NCBI GenBank assembly: GCA_963796275.1
Contig: CAWCKY010000004.1
Coordinates: 416,001 to 480,000, forward strand
DNA: 64,000 bases
From: an uncultured Acidobacteriota bacterium
Lineage (GTDB): Bacteria > Acidobacteriota > Blastocatellia > RBC074
Direction of reading: 5' to 3'
A program made the position numbers and the translations under genes. Positions 10,901 through 19,113 of this stretch are shown piece by piece (positions within the stretch are counted from its first letter, which is position 1; every line of letters starts with the position of its first letter). The notes under the pieces were generated by a model. That model was given only the letters and a program-made list of their open reading frames with translations. It ran no database searches and was not told the origin of the DNA.

Positions 10901-11679
10901 ATTCCCAGCGTGGCGAGGGCAACCAGCAGGGCCGCGCCAATCAGAATCAGCAAAATCAGCAAAATCAACAGGGTCAGGGCCAGCAGGATCAACAGGGCCA
11001 GCAGGGGCAACAGGGCCAGCAAGGGCAACAGGGACAGCAGGGGCAACAGGGCCAGCAGGGGCAACAGGGGCAACAGGGCCAGCAGGGGCAACAGGGGCAA
11101 CAGGGCCAGCAGGGACAACAGGGCCAGCAGGGACAGCAGGGACAACAGGGACAGCAAGGGCAACAGGGCCAGGGTCAGGGTCAGGGTCAGGGTCAACGAG
11201 GAAATCAGTCAAACGGGCAAAACCGTGGCCAGAGCGATCAGGGTGAAGGGCAAGGCTCTCAACGATCGGAAGGATCACCTAACCCGCAGAATCACCAAAA
11301 TCCGGGTGGCGGCGGGCCTATTCGTGGCGTCCAGCTTGATAAGCAGTTCAAGGCTGAGCTTAACCAGTATCTGCGCGATGCCGAAGATTTGCGCCGCAAC
11401 CTTCCCCGTGACCGCGATCTCACGCGCAACCTCGACCAGGCGATCCAGGCATTGAAGCAGGCCGGCGAATTTATCGGGCGCGATGATAATCGCACCGCGG
11501 CATTATTGAAAACTCAGGTAGTCGATCCTCTCCGCAGCATTGAAATGGAACTGAGCAAACGTCTGCAAGCTAAGCTCGGTAAGAACAATCTGAGGCTGTC
11601 GGACGAAGGAGCCGCCCCGGAGCGTTATCGTAAGCTGGTCGACGAGTACTACAAACGCCTATCTTCAGGCTCGAAATAA
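7972..11679 (+). CDS. DUF4175-like large membrane protein: 3 N-terminal TM helices, beta-rich domains, long Q-rich coiled coil
   Basis: ATG at 7972 after GAGG; [27 protein letters not shown] and terminal [15 protein letters not shown] motifs typical of this MoxR-associated family. Confidence 0.75.
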   Translation: MNYLDNQVFQIIRAVRKRRNLLTVLRGGAITLAISAVLLILSGFAAYRYRYNTGALVSLRIAALLGVIAAVYFFLVRPLRRKISDTRIARFVEEKHSGIGDRLVSAVEFSDEEQRSLFSPSIIERLIGDADRHARDVNVDEVIPRKRFWRLGGAGAACIALFLFALIFGPEELKSGILQLVAPASPAAASNALRLDIKPGTARVPKGSDQRISASLINFQAEQTTVFTRKAGGASDQWVGQPMEPAKNNNEFQLFIFNIQEDTEYFCESGGVRSEVYKLTVADLPFVKRIDQTQFAPSYTGMRPKIIEDAPDIAALAGTNVKLTAKLSIKAKGARIVLADGKKVEMELAGESDFAGTISVTKNTSYHIELTSVDGDVYNGSNEYDISVLEDRPPTVTFDKPGRDMRATSVEEVFTQAKAEDDYGVVSLDLHFSVNGGEEKKVDLQKLRGNSARTLSGAHTFFLEEYGLEPGDLISYYARARDARNETTSDIYFIEVKPFQKEFKQSQQGGGGGEGEDQGQGLTRRQKQVVAATFRVNRDEPTYSEQEKTENYTTVTLSQEKLHQDATALIDRIKRRMGDQISQEPQFVKLVDYLTEAAKSMAPAVTELKARKGKDAIVHEQKALQQLMRADAIFREMEIAISQDGQGNSSEAQELADLFELEMDKMKNQYETLKREQQQKSQKQDDETKRKLEELSQRMQRELEQQQQRMQSARNGGGGGGGRDQQQMIDEARKAARELERLSRERRDPQMMDLSNKLNQAADEMQRSQNAARNNNQQEALSRNLRAQQQIDEATRRLNQLQKSQGNQSIQGLRQRASNAAAQQQEIAKQVEDVARRSRAGDQSAGQSKQQLSERKDELANEVNNLERDIDQTARGLGQEQQEAANRLRDAATSIRQNRVADRIRGTRKMVDSNAFDAAQAGDREIQQNLDNVAQQLQEADKMAQRKGQQGGEADPLDKASQLANNIESMRRRLNSDSQRGEGNQQGRANQNQQNQQNQQGQGQQDQQGQQGQQGQQGQQGQQGQQGQQGQQGQQGQQGQQGQQGQQGQQGQQGQQGQQGQQGQQGQGQGQGQGQRGNQSNGQNRGQSDQGEGQGSQRSEGSPNPQNHQNPGGGGPIRGVQLDKQFKAELNQYLRDAEDLRRNLPRDRDLTRNLDQAIQALKQAGEFIGRDDNRTAALLKTQVVDPLRSIEMELSKRLQAKLGKNNLRLSDEGAAPERYRKLVDEYYKRLSSGSK
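10990..11193 (+). repeat. Coding tandem repeat: 20 x 9-bp (QQG) followed by 4 x 6-bp (QG)
   Basis: CARCARGGN units counted from 10990 to 11169, then cagggt x4. Confidence 0.95.
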
Positions 11680-11714
11680 ATACTCGCAGTTATAATAAGG
11701 ATATAATTGCAACC

Positions 11715-11758
11715 GAACATGATTATCGACTAACTTATGTTAATCGATAATCATGTTC
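11715..11758. terminator. 20-bp hairpin after the MoxR operon
   Basis: gaacatgattatcgactaac-ttat-gttaatcgataatcatgttc, one mismatch. Confidence 0.6.
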
Positions 11759-12004
11759 CCAGCCTGAATAGCCTCATTTCTTTAATTATTTTTACTAACA
11801 ACAACCTATACACTCGCCAGGAACTTATTATCCACTAATAACCATCATTACCGATGCTACCCTCATTTATATCTAATATTAATTCGACGTACGAACGATA
11901 TCTATCCTATTGATGTTTGTTCCAACTTCGTATAGCCTTTCTTTGGATCTTCAATGATCGGCTGTAGCTAAGTTACATATATTATAGATAAACATTAACA
12001 TAAA

Positions 12005-12043
12005 CTATCATTGAACGATCTGCCCTATTCCTCACCTAATGAC
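12005..12043 (+). promoter_or_regulatory. Conserved upstream box of DUF4394 gene 1 (putative ECF-type promoter)
   Basis: ctatcattgaacgatctgccctattcctcacctaatgac, near-identical to 13590-13627. Confidence 0.5.
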
Positions 12044-12209
12044 TGATGGTTAGATCACTTTGGTAGCCAGTTTGTGAGATATCTATCGCAGGCGGGCTTC
12101 TATATCTCAATGGTTTTAAACGAACCTAGAGAAAGTGATGTGTCTCGTTCTCTCTATCAGTCGCTTTAGGGTTTCTCCCATCTTTTTCAAGGACGCCACT
12201 TTTTAACTT

Positions 12210-12261
12210 GTGTGTCGGCAGCAAATCCGTTGCCGTGTTGGGATACTTATCCCACTCACAC
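12210..12261 (+). ncRNA. Candidate cis-regulatory three-way-junction leader RNA, copy 1
   Basis: P1 GTGTG/CACAC, P2 CGGCAGC/GTTGCCG, P3 TGGGAT/ATCCCA; compensatory changes relative to copy 2. Confidence 0.5.
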
Positions 12262-12320
12262 TTTTCATAAAACGTTCCTTGCCATCAGGTGTAGGAAGAC
12301 AATCAGGAGAGAACAAGACA

Positions 12321-13268
12321 GTGAAAAAGTTAACGACAATATCATTCTTTGCGCTGGCGCTTGCTGCTTCATTGGCCTTAGGTCTTATGGGCAATCATTC
12401 TGCCGACGCCAAAGTCAACTCATCAACTACATCAGCTGCGAGCATCAGTGCTCAGATGTCGGGTGTGCCGATTTTCGCTTTGGGCGCCCGCAATAACACG
12501 CTTTATCTACTCTCAGGTTCGACTTTTAACAGGATAGGCGCTATCAGCCCGGTTAACGGGACTGTGGTTGAGTGCGATTTTCGTACCGCTAACAACCAGC
12601 TTATGTGTGTGACGAACGCAGGTAGCTTCTATTCGGTTAATACGGCTAATGCCCAGGCTACTTTAGTGGCTAACCTGTCACCAAATAACCCCACTGCTCA
12701 GCTATTGGATATCAATCCAGTGGCCGATGCATTCAGGTGGGTAGGAACGAACGAAACTAACCTTGCTATCGTCAAAAACGCAGCAGGCGTCTTCAATACG
12801 GTAGCGACCCAAACATCCTTCGCTTATGTCGCGGGCGATGTACGCGCAGGCACGAATCCGAATCTGGTCGCGGGCTCATATGACAATAACCTGAATGGCC
12901 TGGCGACTACCACCTTCTTCATATTCGATTCCGGCACCAACCAGGCGGTCACGATCGCAGACAGGACTGCCACGGGGAGTTCGAATACTGGCGGAGGCCG
13001 GTTGGTAACTATTGGTAGTGTGATCGACCAGGATGGTCCGATAGACATCACCGCTGATTCTGGTTCAGACATCAAAACCTTTGCAAACCTGGGCAATCTA
13101 AATATTGCTGCATTACTTACCACTGGTAGACTCAGTTTCATATTTACCGCCCAGGTTCCAAATATCGTAACGCCCGGACAGACACAGAATCTCGGTGCCT
13201 TCAGTCAAGGCGTTGTCGGTAGTGATGGTAACAATAATTGGTCGGATGTCATGATCCCAATCCAATAA
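12321..13268 (+). CDS. Secreted DUF4394 domain protein
   Basis: GTG start after CAGGAG; signal peptide ending ADA; ECDFR, DINPVADAFR, YVAGDV..GTNPNLVAGSY motifs. Confidence 0.75.
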   Translation: MKKLTTISFFALALAASLALGLMGNHSADAKVNSSTTSAASISAQMSGVPIFALGARNNTLYLLSGSTFNRIGAISPVNGTVVECDFRTANNQLMCVTNAGSFYSVNTANAQATLVANLSPNNPTAQLLDINPVADAFRWVGTNETNLAIVKNAAGVFNTVATQTSFAYVAGDVRAGTNPNLVAGSYDNNLNGLATTTFFIFDSGTNQAVTIADRTATGSSNTGGGRLVTIGSVIDQDGPIDITADSGSDIKTFANLGNLNIAALLTTGRLSFIFTAQVPNIVTPGQTQNLGAFSQGVVGSDGNNNWSDVMIPIQ

Positions 13269-13315
13269 CAACCATTTGCTGGGTCAACTGCGACACAGTG
13301 AATAAATACATCCTT

Positions 13316-13368
13316 TTCTCGAACATTCCATCCGCAAAGCATAACTTTACGGATGGAATGTTCGAGAA
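13316..13368. terminator. 24-bp hairpin after DUF4394 gene 1
   Basis: ttctcgaacattccatccgcaaag-cataa-ctttacggatggaatgttcgagaa. Confidence 0.65.
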
Positions 13369-13589
13369 GGTTAATGCAAAGACAGTAGCAATCAGTTCAG
13401 TAAAGAGTAACAACCCGCGCCTGAAACAAAGCCAATATCCTTAAATCCAGTCTATTTTAAAATACTAACCTACCATAAAGAATGGCTTCCTGCTTGATAT
13501 TTAATTCAATATTGTTTAAGCTTTCTACGGATCTACTAATGCATAGCTTCACAATTATAGAGTCCCAATAACAAAGTTACCGTTGAAAG

Positions 13590-13627
13590 CTATCATTGTA
13601 AGATCCGCCCTTTCCTCACCTAATAAC
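13590..13627 (+). promoter_or_regulatory. Conserved upstream box of DUF4394 gene 2 (putative ECF-type promoter)
   Basis: ctatcattgtaagatccgccctttcctcacctaataac, matches 12005-12043. Confidence 0.5.
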
Positions 13628-13735
13628 AATATATAGGTTTTGGATTTTGCCTATTGCTTCGTGCCCTTTCGTGGACTGAATTACCGGTCCATTTCGTAGC
13701 CTACAGAACGCCTACTAGAACGCCTTCAAACAATT

Positions 13736-13788
13736 AGTGTGGCGGTAGCACCCGGTTACCGTTAGGAGATGTTTATCTCATTCACACT
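13736..13788 (+). ncRNA. Candidate cis-regulatory three-way-junction leader RNA, copy 2
   Basis: P1 AGTGTG/CACACT, P2 CGGTAGC/GTTACCG, P3 GAGAT/ATCTC. Confidence 0.5.
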
Positions 13789-13836
13789 TATATATACTCG
13801 ATAACCAATCCTTATTTAGGAAAAATCAGGAGCGAT

Positions 13837-14820
13837 ATGACCAAGAAGAAGCTAACGACATTTACATTAATTGCGCTGGCGCTTGCTGTCTCATTGACGT
13901 TCGGTCTTATGGGCAATCATTCTGCCAAAGCTAAAACCACCCCAAACACATCGGCTGTGACAGCAGCATTGTTTCCGAGCCTCAGTGCACAGGTTCCAGG
14001 GCTAAATATTCAGTACTACGCGCTTGCTAACAACAGCTTATATGTCCTGTCAGGCACGACCTTTAACAGGATTAATACCATCAGCAATATCGGTAATGAC
14101 ACGATAATCGGAATCGATTTTCGCCCGCTTGACGGTCAGCTTTATGCATTGTCGAACAACAGCAGGCTCTATACGATAAATCCTGCTAATGCTGTTGCTA
14201 CCCTTGTGAGCACCGTGGCGCCTACCGGTGGCGTTGGCAACTCATCGTTGTTTGATTTCAATCCGGTCGTCGATGCAATAAGAATTATTGGATCAAATGA
14301 TCAAAACTTCGCTGTAGTCAAAGGCGCAAACGGTATCCTCAATACTGTGGCACAACAAACCAGTGTGGCTTATGCCGCGGGTGATGTTTTCGCTGGCACC
14401 AACCCGAACATTGTCGGAGCAGCATATACCAGTAACTTCAATGGTGCGACGGCTACCCTCTTTTATGCATTGGATTCTAACACCAACAAAGTTGTAACGA
14501 TCGCGAACAGAGTTAATGGGAGCTCTGCCACTGGCGGAGGTCAATTGCAAACCATCGGCACTTTGTTTGTTAACGGCCTTGCTATGGACTTCAACGATAC
14601 AGCTGACATGGACATTGTCACCTTTCGAGCAGCAGGAAACCTCGATGTTGGCATTGGGTTAAATGGAAACAGCCTCTTTACAACGTTCTTTATTCAGGTC
14701 AGCCAGACTCTACCTCTTGGCACACAGCAGAATCTTGGTGCCAACGGGATGACTGTAAATTTCAGTACTGGTCCAAACACCATACCCAGTGATGTTGCCG
14801 CTGCCATACCACTACAATAA
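13837..14820 (+). CDS. Secreted DUF4394 domain protein (paralog of 12321-13268)
   Basis: ATG after CAGGAG; signal peptide; canonical IIGIDFRPLDGQLYAL, FDFNPVVDAIR and GAAYT motifs. Confidence 0.85.
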   Translation: MTKKKLTTFTLIALALAVSLTFGLMGNHSAKAKTTPNTSAVTAALFPSLSAQVPGLNIQYYALANNSLYVLSGTTFNRINTISNIGNDTIIGIDFRPLDGQLYALSNNSRLYTINPANAVATLVSTVAPTGGVGNSSLFDFNPVVDAIRIIGSNDQNFAVVKGANGILNTVAQQTSVAYAAGDVFAGTNPNIVGAAYTSNFNGATATLFYALDSNTNKVVTIANRVNGSSATGGGQLQTIGTLFVNGLAMDFNDTADMDIVTFRAAGNLDVGIGLNGNSLFTTFFIQVSQTLPLGTQQNLGANGMTVNFSTGPNTIPSDVAAAIPLQ

Positions 14821-14863
14821 TAATCATTGGTGCGATCAATAGCGATGTAGTGAATAACACTGG

Positions 14864-14921
14864 CCCACTCGAAAATTCCTTCTAGCTTGTAATGTTTCGC
14901 TGGATGGAATTTTTGAGTGGG
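14864..14921. terminator. 23-bp hairpin after DUF4394 gene 2, homologous to 13316-13368
   Basis: cccactcgaaaattccttctagc ... gctggatggaatttttgagtggg; shares ggatggaat with the first hairpin. Confidence 0.6.
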
Positions 14922-14947
14922 ATTGACACAAGAGACAGGAACAAACA

Positions 14948-15022
14948 GTACCGCGAGCGGGGGCGTGCGAGTCTTCATCAAAGAACATTTGAGGTGATAT
15001 CACGCGCTACCGCACGCGGTGC
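14948..15022. repeat. REP-like inverted repeat between convergent genes
   Basis: gtaccgcgagcgggggcgtgcga ... tcacgcgctaccgcacgcggtgc. Confidence 0.55.
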
Positions 15023-15031
15023 AAACCGCTT

Positions 15032-16804
15032 CTAAAATTTCAAAATATGGTCTGTCACACGCTGGCAAGGCTTCAATTCAATCTCATTCTTCTTCGCTTC
15101 AGCTTCTTTTCGTAATTTCGCGCGTTCACCGCTGTCCCTGGCGAGAGGCAGGGTTTGTCGATCAATAATCTCTTCATCCGAAACGATACGCGTCAACAAC
15201 CAGTATCTCCCCGGCGCCAGGTTTTTGAAGGTAAATGTTCTATCGCCGCCAATCAGAGTTTCACCGTATCGCAACACGTCATCGGCTGCCGTTGTCTCAG
15301 CCGGAACCAGATGAATCCGAAGCCGGCTAGGTATCTGCGGCCCTTCCGCTTCGGCGACGACTTTGCCGCGCAGGCTTGCAGCGCCTTCCGCCACTGTCAC
15401 GGTTATACCTGTCAGATTCTCCCCGGCTCTGATCGCGATGCCCGAACGGTTGACATCGAGATCGCCGGCTAACCTGGATACTGCCCCGGTCCGTCGCGCA
15501 GGCGCTGCGGATTTGGTTGTGATCGATTTAACGTACCAGTTTCCACTCGGCAATGAAGGTTCAAGCCGATATCGTCCCGGCATTAAATACCGAACTGTGA
15601 AATCACCTGTATCGCTGACTCCCGTATCGGACAGCGAGAACTGAATGGATTGATCGATGCCCTGCTCCTTATCATCGCGCCGAGGGGATAACAGAATTTC
15701 TTCTATCACATTTTTGTTCTTATCCGCGCAAGCGCTCTGTGATTTTTCGAGGGCGACTCGACCGCTTATCGAAGCCATCGGCGCCATCTTCAGCTCGATC
15801 CCGGTGACATCAGCTCCCTTCACCGTCACACGGCGAGGCAAGGATGACAATTGCTCTTCGTTGCCTCCCCCTCGACGCGCCATGATTTCATATTCACCAT
15901 CATCCACCCCTAAAATCGCAAAACCGTTTTCGCTTTCGCCGCTTCGAGCCGAGGATGACCCTGAAAATGTCCCCGTAGCCGTATTGAAGAGCGTAATGCC
16001 CGCAAGCATATATGGCGTGGACGAGTCACCGCCCCCGGTTACAGTCCCGCTGATGACATGCCCACGCTCGTCGCGTAAGCGAATGTCGATGCCCATCGCT
16101 TCACTTCCGTTCGAGACTGTCACCTCGGAAGCCGTATCTCGTGTAGATGACGGGTGGTATGTTGTGGCCGACTGAGTATCTCCGACAGCCCGGCAATAAA
16201 CAATGTAGGTGCCGGGCGCCAGGCCGTATAGACGGTAGATACCGCGATCATCCGTCATGCGGGTTCGACCGCCAGTGGATTGGCGTACCTTGAAGCCCTC
16301 GGCATCGCGCACCATTAACGCGCTGATATAAACACCGGTAATCGGTTCTCCATCCGTAGTTATTACCTTACCCGTGATCACTCCGCCCTTGATCAGAGTG
16401 AGGGTGGCGCTCTCACCGATCCGATAAACGCGCCTCTCGCGTCTCTCGGTTGCTGGAGGAGGCTGCACGGCATATCCTCCCGTTCGGAAAATATTGACCT
16501 GGTAGGGGCGAGGAGAGAGTCCCATAAAACGAAAATTTCCATTCTCATCCGTAGTCACACTACGAGCCACGCTACCCAATGCACCTTGACCCGTACTCAC
16601 CGGGTAAAGACTGACACTCATATTCGGCGCTCCATTGCCGTCTTCCGTCACGACCCGGCCGGTGATCTCGCCCGTTCGCCCCGCCTGCACCGTTTGTCGC
16701 GTTTGCCCCATTTGCCACGTTTGCTGGGCGTTGCTCGGATAGAATGTGGCAATCAGCAGGAGAGCTATCGAGGCAGCGCGGCGCCAGCAAATTACGATAT
16801 TCAT
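15032..16804 (-). CDS. Exported carboxypeptidase-regulatory-like (repeated beta-sandwich) domain protein
   Basis: Signal peptide (SNA-QQ); repeated ITGRV / TDENGNFRF / TDDRGIYRLYGLAPGTY / TYHPS modules; start overlaps the stop of the upstream paralog. Confidence 0.8.
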   Translation of the reverse strand: MNIVICWRRAASIALLLIATFYPSNAQQTWQMGQTRQTVQAGRTGEITGRVVTEDGNGAPNMSVSLYPVSTGQGALGSVARSVTTDENGNFRFMGLSPRPYQVNIFRTGGYAVQPPPATERRERRVYRIGESATLTLIKGGVITGKVITTDGEPITGVYISALMVRDAEGFKVRQSTGGRTRMTDDRGIYRLYGLAPGTYIVYCRAVGDTQSATTYHPSSTRDTASEVTVSNGSEAMGIDIRLRDERGHVISGTVTGGGDSSTPYMLAGITLFNTATGTFSGSSSARSGESENGFAILGVDDGEYEIMARRGGGNEEQLSSLPRRVTVKGADVTGIELKMAPMASISGRVALEKSQSACADKNKNVIEEILLSPRRDDKEQGIDQSIQFSLSDTGVSDTGDFTVRYLMPGRYRLEPSLPSGNWYVKSITTKSAAPARRTGAVSRLAGDLDVNRSGIAIRAGENLTGITVTVAEGAASLRGKVVAEAEGPQIPSRLRIHLVPAETTAADDVLRYGETLIGGDRTFTFKNLAPGRYWLLTRIVSDEEIIDRQTLPLARDSGERAKLRKEAEAKKNEIELKPCQRVTDHILKF

Positions 16805-18516
16805 TGATTGCCCTCCTGCTGGCCGAGATCGATCATGAAAGTGATGGATGTCTGGTTATTGTTGGAGACAACGACCTTCTGTTTGGCTTGACTGAACGCC
16901 CTCGAAAGCCGGGCCTGGGCATCAGGTTGCGACACACCGGGATAAAATTGCGGGGTCACGTGCAATTCATATTCCCCAGAACCCAGATTTCCAATGACGA
17001 AACGCCCGCCTTGATCTACCTCTCCTCTCGGCAGATATCTTCCCTGAATCTGTTCCGCCAGGTGACGAGCGTTTACGTACATCCTCAAGTTCCTGGGCAG
17101 AGTCCCATTTACGATCTTCACTTCTCCGCGAATCTCATAAATGCTATGGATAAGGACGACGCGTACGTTCGATAGATTCTCTCCCGGGCCGACTGTGATT
17201 CCTTCTGGATGAGACGCTCCGTTATGCTCGAGACGAAGCATGGTAAACTGGCTCATCAAGCCATCGGTTCTAAAATAGGGTGAGACTAATACTTTCCCAG
17301 GGTTCAGTCCCTTGACGACGAAGCTGCCATCCGGACCTACCTTGACAGCACCAGGGCCCGGCCCACTCGCCCCTTCCGATCTACTATAGAAATAGAGCTG
17401 GAGGTGCGACAGTTTCGCCAACACCGCCGGATCATTTGCGCCTTCGATCACGACGGAACCGCTAAGAGTACTGCCCTGCTTTATTCTCACCTCAATGCCA
17501 TGCGCGTCGCTGTCGACAACATCGCAAGAGGCTGGTTCGCTGTAGAAATCATCGCCCTGGTTGCCGCGCGCGAAGATAGCATATTTACCCTTAACAATAC
17601 CCTGCAACCGAAATTCCCCTTTTGCATCTGTGGGTTCGCCATTACCGGACCACGATTGTACTGTGCGACCATCCGGTGAAATAGTACCGCAGTAAAGCCG
17701 GACTCCCGAGACAGGCTGCCCCGTCCCGCCGTCCACGACCCGCCCAAATATGGCGTATGACTTTTTCGCGTCACCGAGAACAATGTCGACTCCGGTAGAT
17801 TCAGAACCTTCGCCGACCTCGAGCACCTTCGCCTGCGCTTGATCGGTAACATCCGGGTGGTAAGTCCTTGGATAAAGGCTTTGACTAGGCCTCGGTGAGG
17901 AACTTTCAGGCGAATTCCCCGCTCTAACCAGATATCGTCCCTCCGGCAGTCCGTAGATGCGATAGATGCCGCGATCATCCGTATCGCTCATGCCGTAGGT
18001 ATTAATATGGAAATATTGCGGCTTCCCGCTCTCATCGATCCTCATCAACTCAACTTGCTCTTCAACTAACGGGCGGCCACTCGAATCGGTTATGGATCCT
18101 GTAATCACACCGCCGCGTTTAAGTTCGATATCGATGTTCTCAATGGTTTCGTTATCGCCGACGTTAAGTATCCTACCACTCATCCCTTGATATGCCGGAT
18201 TTCCTTCGGATAAGACGTACGCGGCCGCGGCCGCGCTCACCGAATAACGACCGGACGCCACACCGGTTATGCGGAAAATCCCATTCGCATCGGTCTTGGC
18301 GCGCGGCGCTGTAGCCGTATCCGATGACGTAACCAATGGGCGCTGCTCGCGTAATGTTACAGTAACACCACGCATCGGCTCTTCTTTTACGGTAACCCGG
18401 CCTGAGACTGTGGAAGTACCGGCCTTTGTCTCTTTCGATTGGGCGTGTGCGGTAAAGCTAAGGGGAAAACAACAGAGAGTTGCCAGAGCAAAGGCTGTGA
18501 GTATGAGCTTTGACAT
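16801..18516 (-). CDS. Exported carboxypeptidase-regulatory-like domain protein (paralog)
   Basis: Signal peptide (AHA-QS); VSGRV, TDANGIFRITGV, TDDRGIYRIYGLPEGRY, RTYHP modules. Confidence 0.8.
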   Translation of the reverse strand: MSKLILTAFALATLCCFPLSFTAHAQSKETKAGTSTVSGRVTVKEEPMRGVTVTLREQRPLVTSSDTATAPRAKTDANGIFRITGVASGRYSVSAAAAAYVLSEGNPAYQGMSGRILNVGDNETIENIDIELKRGGVITGSITDSSGRPLVEEQVELMRIDESGKPQYFHINTYGMSDTDDRGIYRIYGLPEGRYLVRAGNSPESSSPRPSQSLYPRTYHPDVTDQAQAKVLEVGEGSESTGVDIVLGDAKKSYAIFGRVVDGGTGQPVSGVRLYCGTISPDGRTVQSWSGNGEPTDAKGEFRLQGIVKGKYAIFARGNQGDDFYSEPASCDVVDSDAHGIEVRIKQGSTLSGSVVIEGANDPAVLAKLSHLQLYFYSRSEGASGPGPGAVKVGPDGSFVVKGLNPGKVLVSPYFRTDGLMSQFTMLRLEHNGASHPEGITVGPGENLSNVRVVLIHSIYEIRGEVKIVNGTLPRNLRMYVNARHLAEQIQGRYLPRGEVDQGGRFVIGNLGSGEYELHVTPQFYPGVSQPDAQARLSRAFSQAKQKVVVSNNNQTSITFMIDLGQQEGNQ

Positions 18517-19113
18517 GCTTCCTCCAAAACCCAGGCCGAAGGTCCAGGTGGAATGTTGGTTGTTTCGTTTTCAAAATTGCTGGCCGTTCAAAATCAGGAG
18601 TTTTCCTCACGCGAGGCCACCAAGATGTCAAGAGAACATTCAAAAAGAAGAACGAAGAACCTTATGGACTTTGCGTCCCGGCGTGAGATTTTCGCTTCTC
18701 CGTCGCATCCGCGGTGAATACCGTCGTCACTGAAAATCGCATCGAAATCATATGCACACTGGGGTGCTATTGCAACTGCATGCACAATCCATCTAAGGTT
18801 TGCGCTAAAGAGATATTTCCTTTTTTCGACTTCTCTCCTACAATAGCGACCGCTCTGATTGGTAAACGAAGATATATCCTTACCATCAATTGGCCACCCC
18901 AAAGCCGATATTCGAAGCAATTGATGACCGGAGCATTCTGTAGATGAAGTCAGTTACATTAATGGTGTCGTCTGCGATCTGATGTTTACGGAAGTCGTCA
19001 CTTGCAATTCATCAAGTCGCTGACTACCTCTGTAATCGCTCGGCGCGTCATCTCCGTGGTCTCAAATGATGTGAATCCCTTATCCTTACCACATTACAAC
19101 TAAAGGAGTTCTT

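Noticed and set aside
10990-11193. Possible CRISPR array (also considered for the 9-bp arrays at 36.7 and 63.7 kb)
   Set aside because: Contiguous short units without unique spacers, inside ORFs; no cas genes.
10528-11455. Long alternative-frame and antisense ORFs (poly-Leu LLP/LLA, PVAPAG, RASRGN repeats)
   Set aside because: Shadows of the stop-free QQG repeat in the real gene.
12190-12240. c-di-GMP-I (GEMM) riboswitch, suggested by ggacgc...gcagc...gttgccg
   Set aside because: Lacks the GGCAAA / GNRA-tetraloop / GCAAA elements; a different pairing is supported by covariation with copy 2.
12210-12320. N-terminal extension of the ORF-track call 12210-13268 (likewise 23081, 39527, 54250, 60569)
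   Set aside because: RBS position, paralog alignment and signal peptides support later starts.
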